Source: Patescibacteria group bacterium
GTDB taxonomy: Bacteria > Patescibacteriota > Minisyncoccia > Phycocordibacterales > UBA1550
DNA: 56,005 nt
Assembly (NCBI GenBank): GCA_038063615.1
Contig: JBBTUT010000003.1
Location: 67,352 to 123,356, forward strand
Direction: 5' to 3'
Below, in pieces: positions 27,784 through 34,955 of this stretch. Numbering within the stretch: position 1 is the stretch's first letter; every line of letters starts with the position of its first letter. A program made the position numbers and the translations under genes. The notes beneath the pieces are model-generated. The model was not told the DNA's origin, made no database searches, and was given only the letters and a program-made list of their open reading frames with translations.

Positions 27784-29190
27784 ATGGCAAACATCGTAGA
27801 CCGTAAGTTCAAAACGAGGGATATTCGCATCCCTCCGCAAAATATCGACTCTGAAAAAGCGCTCCTTGGGTCGCTCATGCTTCGCCCTGACGGGATGTAC
27901 GATGTGAGCGATGTGGTGACGCGCGAATCTTTTTATGTCGACAAGCACCGCATCGTTTTTGATGCGATGCTCGAGCTCCACAGCCGGCACGAGCCGATTG
28001 ACCTCCTCTCCGTATCCACGCGCCTGAAAGAACGAGGCAAGTTTGACAGCATCGGCGGCGGGAGCTATCTCGCCGAGCTTGTCGACGGCGTTCCATCTTC
28101 AACAAACGCAAAGTATTATGCGGAGATGATCCGACGCAAGCATGTTTTGCGCACGCTCATCGAAGCCGCCGAGCACATCTCCGAGCTTGGATACAATGAA
28201 GCCGAGGAGATCGAGACAGTACTCGACGAAGCGGAAAAAAAGATCTTTTCGATCACCAATGCGAGCGTTACCAAAAAATTCGTCAATATCAAAGACACTC
28301 TGGAGGAAGCGTGGGAGCGCCTCGACAAAATGCACAAAGACGGCGGAGAGCTCCGTGGCGTCCCCTCCGGCTTCCCCGCTCTCGACACACTCCTCTCCGG
28401 TTTTCAAAACTCCGATCTCATCATCCTCGCCGCTCGCCCCTCGATGGGTAAAACGACACTTGCCCTCGACATCGCGCGCCAAGCGGCGATCCACCACAAT
28501 ATCCCCGTCGGCATTTTCTCTCTCGAAATGAATACACAACAGCTCGTGGATCGTATGCTCTCCGCCGAAGCGCGCGTGAATGCGTGGAAGCTCCGCACAG
28601 GCAAGCTTTCTCTCGACGAGGATTTCGACAAATTGCGCAACTCGCTCGACCGACTTTCCAAGGCGCCGATATTCATCGACGACCAAGCGGGAAACTCCAT
28701 TATGAAAATGCGCTCCGCCGCGCGCAAGCTCAAGAGCGAGCACGGCCTCGGCCTCATCGTCATCGACTACCTCCAGCTGATGAGCACGGCAAAACAATAT
28801 GACTCGATGGTCAACCAAGTCACCGAGATTTCCCGTTCGCTCAAAGCCCTCGCAAAAGACCTCGATGTCCCCGTCATCGCGCTTTCACAGCTCTCGCGCG
28901 CCATCGAGTCGCGCGGAGGCAAGCCGAAGCTCTCCGACCTCCGCGATTCGGGCTCCATCGAGCAGGACGCCGATGTCGTGATGTTCATCCACCGCGAGGA
29001 CAAGATGGACAAAAATGCGGAAAAGACGAACATCGCCGAGATCCTCGTCGAAAAACACCGCAACGGTCCCGTCGGCTCCATTCAGCTCTACTTCGACGAA
29101 GAGAAATCAACATTTATGTCAATCGACAAACAGCACGAATTCGGCGCCGGTCAGGGACACAGGGCGGGTGGCAATGTTGATGATTTCTAG
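27784..29190 (+). CDS. dnaB: Replicative DNA helicase
   Basis: PPQN...E, AARPSMGKT, IDYLQLM, LSQLSR, LRDSGSIEQDAD, KHRNGP; no intein. Confidence 0.97.
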   Translation: MANIVDRKFKTRDIRIPPQNIDSEKALLGSLMLRPDGMYDVSDVVTRESFYVDKHRIVFDAMLELHSRHEPIDLLSVSTRLKERGKFDSIGGGSYLAELVDGVPSSTNAKYYAEMIRRKHVLRTLIEAAEHISELGYNEAEEIETVLDEAEKKIFSITNASVTKKFVNIKDTLEEAWERLDKMHKDGGELRGVPSGFPALDTLLSGFQNSDLIILAARPSMGKTTLALDIARQAAIHHNIPVGIFSLEMNTQQLVDRMLSAEARVNAWKLRTGKLSLDEDFDKLRNSLDRLSKAPIFIDDQAGNSIMKMRSAARKLKSEHGLGLIVIDYLQLMSTAKQYDSMVNQVTEISRSLKALAKDLDVPVIALSQLSRAIESRGGKPKLSDLRDSGSIEQDADVVMFIHREDKMDKNAEKTNIAEILVEKHRNGPVGSIQLYFDEEKSTFMSIDKQHEFGAGQGHRAGGNVDDF

Positions 29191-29197
29191 TTTTTTG

Positions 29198-29232
29198 ACT
29201 TTACACTTTCCACTTTCCACTTTTCACTCTTT
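29198..29232 (+). repeat. Heptamer tandem repeat (ACTTTCC-like x5)
   Basis: ACTTTAC ACTTTCC ACTTTCC ACTTTTC ACTCTTT between dnaB and recR. Confidence 0.75.
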
Positions 29233-29233
29233 T

Positions 29234-29899
29234 ATGACCTCAATCGACACTCTCTCCCAACTCTTCATAAAATTCCCCGGCATCGGGACGCGCCAAGCAA
29301 AACGCTTCGTGTATTTTCTCCTCGCTCAGGATCCGCGCTTTGTCGAAACCCTCGCACACGAGATTGCCGAGCTCAAAAAAACGATTGCGCAATGCTCCGA
29401 GTGTTTTCGCTTTTATCCTCGTTCAGGTACCGGCACCTTGTGCGATGTTTGTATAAGCGATGCTGACCACGCAACCCTCCTCGTCATCGAAAAAGACACC
29501 GACTTCGAAAGCGTGCGCCGAAGCGGAAGCTACGCCGGTCGCTACTTCATTCTCGGAGGCACCATCCCCATCCTCGAGCGCGACCCCGCCTCAAAGATTC
29601 GCATACGCGAGCTCCTCGCGCGCGTAGCGAGCGGTACTGCGGACGGACCTGCCCGCCACTGCCTATCGCACGATGGAAGCAGTCAGGCGATGGCAGGCGG
29701 GCTCTCCGAGGTCATCCTCGCCCTTTCCGCAAACCCCGAAGGCGACTTCACGCGCGAATATGTCGCAAAGACACTCGCCCCCCTAGCCGAAAAGCACGGC
29801 ATCACCATCACCGCTCTCGGCCGCGGTCTCTCCACCGGCACCGAGCTCGAATACTCCGACAGTGACACTCTTAGGCATGCGTTCAAAAACAGAGGATAA
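29234..29899 (+). CDS. recR: Recombination mediator RecR (with in-frame palindrome insertion)
   Basis: FPGIG.RQA.R, CxxC..CxxC, Toprim EVILALSA.PEGD, GL..G.ELEY.D. Confidence 0.93.
   Translation: MTSIDTLSQLFIKFPGIGTRQAKRFVYFLLAQDPRFVETLAHEIAELKKTIAQCSECFRFYPRSGTGTLCDVCISDADHATLLVIEKDTDFESVRRSGSYAGRYFILGGTIPILERDPASKIRIRELLARVASGTADGPARHCLSHDGSSQAMAGGLSEVILALSANPEGDFTREYVAKTLAPLAEKHGITITALGRGLSTGTELEYSDSDTLRHAFKNRG
29648..29701 (+). repeat. 54-bp palindromic element in frame in recR
   Basis: CCTGCCCGCCACTGC...GCAGTCAGGCGATGGCAGGCGGG; 49/54 identical to the copy in uvrA. Confidence 0.9.
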
Positions 29900-30033
29900 A
29901 GGATCCTTGGGGCATAGCCCCGAGGTATTGTCGGAGCTCGCTTTGCTCGCGCGGTATTGTACCTATATTTCGTCGTCGCTCGGACGCTGTGTACGAGAGT
30001 ACTCGTCCACGCGCTCCTCACTAGCCGAAATAA
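29896..30033 (+). repeat. 138-bp structured interspersed repeat, copy 2
   Basis: 132/138 identical to 7416-7553; overlaps the recR stop codon. Confidence 0.9.
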
Positions 30034-30061
30034 AAAAACCGGCAGCGATGTCGGTTTTTTT
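30032..30061. terminator. Bidirectional terminator between recR and rplU
   Basis: A7-CCGGCA-GCGA-TGTCGG-T7. Confidence 0.75.
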
Positions 30062-30066
30062 AGGAG

Positions 30067-30384
30067 TTACTTGATTGCCGCAATCTTCACTTTCATAAAT
30101 GGTTGGCGATGACCGTTCTTTTTGAAGTGACGGCTTTTTTGGCGGTAGTGGATAACCACAACTTTGTCCGCGCGACCTTCTTCTTCAAATGTCGCCTCCA
30201 CGGTTGCCCCGGGAACGAGCGGTGCGCCGACGAGGGTCTTTGAACCATCGTTTACAAGGAGGACTTGGTCAAAAACGACCTTGTCGCCCTTTTTTAATTC
30301 GCCGGGAAGCTTCTCGATGAGGAGCGTTTCGCCCGGAGCGACCTTATATTGCTTGCCTCCTGTCTTTATTACTGCAAAATTCAT
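30067..30384 (-). CDS. rplU: 50S ribosomal protein L21
   Basis: FAVIKTGGKQYKV...GHRQ. Confidence 0.96.
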   Translation of the reverse strand: MNFAVIKTGGKQYKVAPGETLLIEKLPGELKKGDKVVFDQVLLVNDGSKTLVGAPLVPGATVEATFEEEGRADKVVVIHYRQKSRHFKKNGHRQPFMKVKIAAIK

Positions 30385-30433
30385 AGTAACTTGTATTCTA
30401 CACGATAAAAAAAGAAATGCAAGCGTTTTGGCA

Positions 30434-30468
30434 GAATATTGAATATAGAATGTTGAATATAGAATGGA
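30434..30468. repeat. Heptamer tandem repeat (GAATATA-like x4-5)
   Basis: GAATATT GAATATA GAATGTT GAATATA GAATGGA between the divergent rplU and ncRNA promoters. Confidence 0.7.
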
Positions 30469-30489
30469 TTCAGAACAAAAAACAGAAAT

Positions 30490-30518
30490 TTGACAAAAAT
30501 ACGACAATCTGCTACTAT
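30490..30518 (+). promoter_or_regulatory. Sigma70-type promoter for the putative ncRNA
   Basis: TTGACA(30490)-17 nt-TACTAT(30513) with extended TG; no + strand CDS follows. Confidence 0.75.
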
Positions 30519-30524
30519 CCAATA

Positions 30525-30681
30525 AGTCAGGGTGCTCGAAACAGTCTTTCCCCTCCTCCTGCATTGAGGTAATTCATTTAAGGGTTTAAACCTGCCCTTA
30601 ATTTGAGAGAGACTCAAGCAGGTGTTGTTAGAGCACCCTGGCTACTTTTTGTACAAAGCACGCTTCGCGTGCTTTTTTTTT
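30525..30681 (+). ncRNA. Putative structured small RNA with exposed anti-SD-like bulge (novel, or a divergent 6S RNA)
   Basis: Own promoter; long hairpin 30525-30643 (AGTCAGGGTGCTC/GAGCACCCTGGCT, AACA/TGTT, CCTGC/GCAGG, TTGAG/CTCAA, TAAGGG/CCCTTA); + oriented terminator between two minus-strand genes. Confidence 0.7.
30655..30681 (+). terminator. Intrinsic terminator on the + strand
   Basis: AAAGCACGC-TTC-GCGTGC followed by T9. Confidence 0.8.
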
Positions 30682-30701
30682 GCCAATTTTTAGAGTTGGC
30701 C

Positions 30702-31814
30702 TTACTCCTCAAGATGCGGTTTTTCGATAAGGAGCGGCTCTATCCCCGCAGTTTCGCCCGTGATCTTCACGACATCCTTGTCCACCTTTTTGAGCTCCTT
30801 ATATGCTGCGGTATAGTGGTTGACCGTGGTTCCCAGCGCATTGCCGAGTTTTTTCATATAGTCCTCATAGGCGACCAAGTGCTTGCGAAGCTCCTCCACG
30901 CGCCCAATGATGAGCTGTGCGGACTCCTCAATCTTGAAAGCGCGAAAACCATAGAGCACTGATTGCAAGTATGCGGAAAATGTCGTCGGAGATACGATGA
31001 TGACTTTCTTTTCGTTCGACGCATAGTCGATGAGCGAGCGTGTATTCACTTTCACCGCGCCGACTTCGTTGATGAGGAGGTCGTAGTAGATGCCCTCGGC
31101 GGGAATGAACATAAACGCAAACGGCAGCGTGCCTTCGGCGGGACGCACATATTTCGCGGTCTCATCGATGCGTTTTTTGAGGTCGTTCCTGAATTCTTTT
31201 TCGAGCTCTTCTTTTCGCGTTTCATCCGATTCATTCACCACGCGATTGTAATTGTCGAGAGAAAATTTCGCGTCTACGGGGATCAATCCGTCTTTGGTAA
31301 TGATGACCGCATCCACCGTCTCGCCATTTTTGAATTGATGCTGGAGCTTATACGCATTTGGCGGGAGAATGTTTGAGAGAATGAGCTCGAGCGCCGCCTC
31401 TCCCAAGTTCCCTCTCTGTTTTTGGTGCTTCAAAACTTTTTCGAGATTTTGAAGCTGGTCGGTGATGCCGAGGACTTGCTTACTCGTTTCGTTCGCCGCG
31501 GTCATTTCCTTTGCGACATTTGAGAGATTGCGCTCGACCTGCTCATTGATCTCGCGGATAAGCTTTTGCGATTCGCTAAACTGCATATGCACCGCCTGTT
31601 GCATTTCTTTATTCGACGAGCCGACTTTCGCATCGACCGTTTTCATAAAATCGCCCAACTGCGACTGGAAATTGCCGATCTGGTTTTGAATGAGGCGAAG
31701 TGCGTCATTTTGCGGTTCGGTCGAAACTTCTTTTTTACGAAGGAGTGTTACCAATACCACCGCAACAATTGCGCCGAGGATGAGTCCAATAAGGATGTAA
31801 GCAATTGACGACAT
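30702..31814 (-). CDS. rmuC: DNA recombination protein RmuC
   Basis: N-terminal TM, coiled coil, RGNLGE..L, PVDAKF, FMFIP.EG, VSPTT. Confidence 0.9.
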   Translation of the reverse strand: MSSIAYILIGLILGAIVAVVLVTLLRKKEVSTEPQNDALRLIQNQIGNFQSQLGDFMKTVDAKVGSSNKEMQQAVHMQFSESQKLIREINEQVERNLSNVAKEMTAANETSKQVLGITDQLQNLEKVLKHQKQRGNLGEAALELILSNILPPNAYKLQHQFKNGETVDAVIITKDGLIPVDAKFSLDNYNRVVNESDETRKEELEKEFRNDLKKRIDETAKYVRPAEGTLPFAFMFIPAEGIYYDLLINEVGAVKVNTRSLIDYASNEKKVIIVSPTTFSAYLQSVLYGFRAFKIEESAQLIIGRVEELRKHLVAYEDYMKKLGNALGTTVNHYTAAYKELKKVDKDVVKITGETAGIEPLLIEKPHLEE

Positions 31815-31815
31815 A

Positions 31816-32013
31816 TTATATTCCATATGCACTTCCGAGTGTGGTCAAAAATGCGGGGATTACGAACACGAGCCCCACGAGCGGAAGAAGTACGACCGCG
31901 ACACTGATGATAAGCGTCCACATAAAATACTTGCGCGTCTTTTCCGCCGAAACGAACACTTTTTGCAAAAGCTCTTCTTGCGCCTGCAGGCGATTCAAAA
32001 TTTCTTGTTCCAT
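31816..32013 (-). CDS. Small membrane protein
   Basis: 65 aa, amphipathic N-terminus plus TM; TAGAAT 6 nt upstream of the ATG. Confidence 0.7.
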   Translation of the reverse strand: MEQEILNRLQAQEELLQKVFVSAEKTRKYFMWTLIISVAVVLLPLVGLVFVIPAFLTTLGSAYGI

Positions 32014-32040
32014 TGCCCCATTCTACTACAAATACGCAGG

Positions 32041-32075
32041 AAAAGAAAAAGCCGCTAAACAGAAGTCTAGCGGCT
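32041..32075 (-). terminator. Intrinsic terminator for the GGDEF gene
   Basis: AGCCGCTA/TAGCGGCT stem with T-rich tail on the minus strand. Confidence 0.65.
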
Positions 32076-32091
32076 CAATTTGTGGCGGGTT

Positions 32092-32694
32092 TTACTCCAC
32101 CTTTTTTGTCACTTCGCCCGCCTCTCTCATGCGGGCTTTGTCTTCGTACATCGCTTGGTCTGCGCGATGCATCAGCGTTGAGGCGGTCGTACAGTCAGGA
32201 CCCGCTGTGCCCACTCCCATTGCTGCCTGAATGGCGAAAGTCTGACCTTCACCAATCTCGAAGATTTCGTCCCTGAGATTATTCTTTATGGTAGCAACAA
32301 ATTCGAGGGCCTCTTCTTCTCTGGCATAAGGCATGAGAACGGCAAATTCGTCTCCGCCGAGACGCGCCAGAGTGATAAGAATGCCACTCTCGCCGAGAAT
32401 ATCTTTTTGTCTTTTTAGAAATTCGCTGAACTGAATCAGCAATAAATTTCCGTGTAGATGTCCAATCGTATTATTGATATCCGCAAATCCATTGATATCC
32501 ATAAAAATCAACGATGCTGGTGACTGCTTATTAAGCAAGTGCTGTGCCTCCTCGACAAGCTGAAATCTCTTCGGAAGACCGGTGAGGTCATCCATCTGGG
32601 CGATCCTCAGATTTGCCTTGAGGTCGGCGATTTCACGGTCCTTCGCCTCGATGATCGCCCGCAACTTTTGCGGGTCATTTATTGTTTTGCTCAA
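32092..32694 (-). CDS. Diguanylate cyclase (coiled coil + GGDEF)
   Basis: D.LTGL, DINGF..IN...GH..G, RLGGDEF, AD.AMY..K; TTG start with AAGGAGGT SD. Confidence 0.9.
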   Translation of the reverse strand: MSKTINDPQKLRAIIEAKDREIADLKANLRIAQMDDLTGLPKRFQLVEEAQHLLNKQSPASLIFMDINGFADINNTIGHLHGNLLLIQFSEFLKRQKDILGESGILITLARLGGDEFAVLMPYAREEEALEFVATIKNNLRDEIFEIGEGQTFAIQAAMGVGTAGPDCTTASTLMHRADQAMYEDKARMREAGEVTKKVE

Positions 32695-32959
32695 AATTAC
32701 ACCTCCTTTTTACAGATTGTTTGAGTGGTTTTTCTTTGAATCTGCTATCCCGAGAAAATCCTCTCTGCCAAGGGGAATCCTCTTTCTTTTTGAAAAGCAC
32801 AGGGGATGGACTTGCCAGCAACCCCCCAGTTTCGAGACTCAACGAAAGTGGTGTTGACTCATTTTTCATTGGCTGAACCATCTCCATCTCAGCGTGTCTC
32901 AGCAGTGTTTCTACAACCCCATGTTGATGGTCTCCCGCAACAAGAATCACCAGTACCAT
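32675..32959 (-). CDS. Hypothetical protein upstream of the GGDEF gene
   Basis: AAGGAGGG SD before ATG 32959; TTGACG-N18-TATACT promoter upstream. Confidence 0.55.
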   Translation of the reverse strand: MVLVILVAGDHQHGVVETLLRHAEMEMVQPMKNESTPLSLSLETGGLLASPSPVLFKKKEDSPWQRGFSRDSRFKEKPLKQSVKRRCNFEQNNK

Positions 32960-33090
32960 ATTCCCTCCTTTTTTATAGAACAAATTAATTATCTGATACA
33001 AGTATACCATATATCGCATACAAGCGTCAAGCTTTGTGTTTTGTGTAAAAAACATTATAATGAAAGAACTATTTATAATATATTTTTATT

Positions 33091-33546
33091 ATGACATTAC
33101 ACGAACAGATTAAAGGCGAGATAAAGACGGCGATGCTTGCGAAGGCCGCGGTGCGGCTCTCGGTGGTGCGCGGGATGCTCGCGGCATTCACTAATGAGCT
33201 CGTGGCGACCGGCAAAACCCCGCAAGACATCCTCGACGATGCGAGCGCCCTCAAGGTCATCAAGCGCCTATCCAATCAGCGCAAGGACTCCATCGAGCAG
33301 TTTGAAAAAGGCGGCCGCCCCGAGCTCGCCGCAAACGAAAAAGCCGAGCTCGCCATCCTCGACATCTACCTCCCCACCCTCATGTCGCGCGAAGAAATCA
33401 TGGTTGTTGCTCTCGCAAAGAAAGATGCTCTCGGTGTGACCGACAAATCAAAGTCAGGCCAGCTCACCGGTGCTATCATGAAAGACCTCGCCGGCAAAGC
33501 GGATGGCGGAGATGTAAAAGCGGTAGTGGACGCGTTGTTTGCTTAG
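33091..33546 (+). CDS. GatB/YqeY domain protein
   Basis: K.AM..K, QRKDSIEQF..GGR.ELA..E..E...L..YLP, G.ADG..V. Confidence 0.92.
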   Translation: MTLHEQIKGEIKTAMLAKAAVRLSVVRGMLAAFTNELVATGKTPQDILDDASALKVIKRLSNQRKDSIEQFEKGGRPELAANEKAELAILDIYLPTLMSREEIMVVALAKKDALGVTDKSKSGQLTGAIMKDLAGKADGGDVKAVVDALFA

Positions 33547-33571
33547 TAGTCCCTGTTTCGATTTCCATTAT

Positions 33572-34885
33572 TTAATATTTGAAATTTCCGCGGAGTTTGC
33601 GATGATATGCGATTGCGAAACGATGCGCTTCGCTGTTAGCAAGGAGAATTATGCGGTCGTGTACTTGGATAAGTTTTTTGTCGCCAAGAAAACCTTTTGG
33701 CTTGTGGTGTTCGTCCTTAACGACGCCGACGACGGGAATGGCTATTCCCCACTCTTTTAATGCCCTCTCAGCTGTGTTCACTTGTGCTTTGCCACCATCA
33801 ACGACAATGAGTTTCGGCATCGGCCACTCTGGGTGCTCGAAACGGCGCGAAAGCATCTCACGAAGTGATGCATTGTCATCATTCGTACTCGTTTTGATTT
33901 TGAACTTTCTGTAGTCGCTCTTTTTCGGCTCGCCATCTTCAACGACAACCATCACACCGACGGTATTTGTTCCGGAAATATGCGCGACATCGTAAGCTTC
34001 GATGCGGAAACTTTTTTCAGGAAATCCCGGATTTCCCCCAAAGGAAGTCCGGGACTTCCTGAAAAAATCTGCTTTCAACAGTGCGACATCCTGAATATGA
34101 TTGAGCGCGAAGATCATTCTTTTAATTTGCCCCGCTTCCTCAAATTTAAAATTCTTCGCCGCCGCGTTCATTTCTCTCTCGAGCCCAATGATAAGTGTTT
34201 TCTTCTTTCCTTCAAAAAATAATTTGATGCGCTTTATTGTTTTTGCGTACTCGGCGCGCGAAATCGTTCCCGCACACACGCCGGGGCAAAGCCCGATTTG
34301 TGCATTGAAACATGGCTTGCATCTTGTTGTCTGTCGTTTGTTGTCTGTCGTCAGCTGCCCGCATGGCTTGCACTTGTCTCGAAATGGAAAAATTTTGCGC
34401 ACGATTTTCAATGCCTCGCGCAAAACACTCCCTTGTGGAAATGGACCGAAGATAGCTTTTAGGTTTGAGGTGTTAGGTGTTAGGTCAGATTCATTTAATT
34501 CACTATCACTTGGAGGTTGAACCTCCAAGTGACGACCGCGCATTATGAGAACCCGCGGAAAATCCTCTTTGGTGATAACAACGAAATTAAAACTTTTATT
34601 GTCTTTCTCTTTTGTATTGTAGGGCGGTTGATGTTTTTTAATGAGATGTGCCTCGAGAATCAGCGCTTCAAGCACAGAATCGGTCTCGACAAAATCGACA
34701 GATTTCGCCGTCTCCACCATCCCCACAATAATAGGTCCACGAGTAGCAATGAGGTCACCGCGAAAATAGCTCGCCACGCGAGTACGAAGTGAAGTTGCCT
34801 TGCCAATATACAAGATTGCGCGTTTTGGACCGCGAAAGATATACACACCGGGATGATCAGGTAATTTTCTTGTCAGTTTTTCCAT
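33572..34885 (-). CDS. uvrC: Excinuclease ABC subunit C (short form with several repeat-derived insertions)
   Basis: GIY-YIG LP..PGVY...YIGKA, C...C.G, UVR helix, RNase H-like IEAYD, VDGGKAQ, EAHRFA; no C-terminal HhH. Confidence 0.9.
   Translation of the reverse strand: MEKLTRKLPDHPGVYIFRGPKRAILYIGKATSLRTRVASYFRGDLIATRGPIIVGMVETAKSVDFVETDSVLEALILEAHLIKKHQPPYNTKEKDNKSFNFVVITKEDFPRVLIMRGRHLEVQPPSDSELNESDLTPNTSNLKAIFGPFPQGSVLREALKIVRKIFPFRDKCKPCGQLTTDNKRQTTRCKPCFNAQIGLCPGVCAGTISRAEYAKTIKRIKLFFEGKKKTLIIGLEREMNAAAKNFKFEEAGQIKRMIFALNHIQDVALLKADFFRKSRTSFGGNPGFPEKSFRIEAYDVAHISGTNTVGVMVVVEDGEPKKSDYRKFKIKTSTNDDNASLREMLSRRFEHPEWPMPKLIVVDGGKAQVNTAERALKEWGIAIPVVGVVKDEHHKPKGFLGDKKLIQVHDRIILLANSEAHRFAIAYHRKLRGNFKY
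34012..34067. repeat. REPIN-like palindrome doublet in frame in uvrC
   Basis: TTTTTTCAGGAAATCCCGGATTTCC...GGAAGTCCGGGACTTCCTGAAAAAA. Confidence 0.75.
34506..34532. repeat. CTTGGAGG-N5-CCTCCAAG palindrome in frame in uvrC
   Basis: TCACTTGGAGG-TTGAA-CCTCCAAGTGA; relatives at 53538 and 55466. Confidence 0.8.
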
Positions 34886-34887
34886 TG

Positions 34888-34955
34888 TTTTTAGGAAGGC
34901 CCGCCCTTCCAGAATCCTGGAAGGGCGATTCTGGAAGGGCGGGCCTTCCTAAAAA
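34888..34955. repeat. REPIN-like doublet with perfect 29-bp inverted repeat between uvrA and uvrC
   Basis: TTTTTAGGAAGGCCCGCCCTTCCAGAATC-N10-GATTCTGGAAGGGCGGGCCTTCCTAAAAA. Confidence 0.85.

Noticed and set aside
30385-30564. N-terminal extension of L21 (similar extensions on gltX, recR, folA, NUDIX, nth and GT4 in the ORF track)
   Set aside because: Homology starts at a downstream Met, often just after a -10 box; the extensions run through promoters, repeats or neighbouring genes.
30525-30643. SRP RNA, tRNA or tmRNA
   Set aside because: No SRP domain IV motif (CAGG...GNRA...AGCAG), no cloverleaf or T-loop, and too short for tmRNA. 6S RNA is not excluded.
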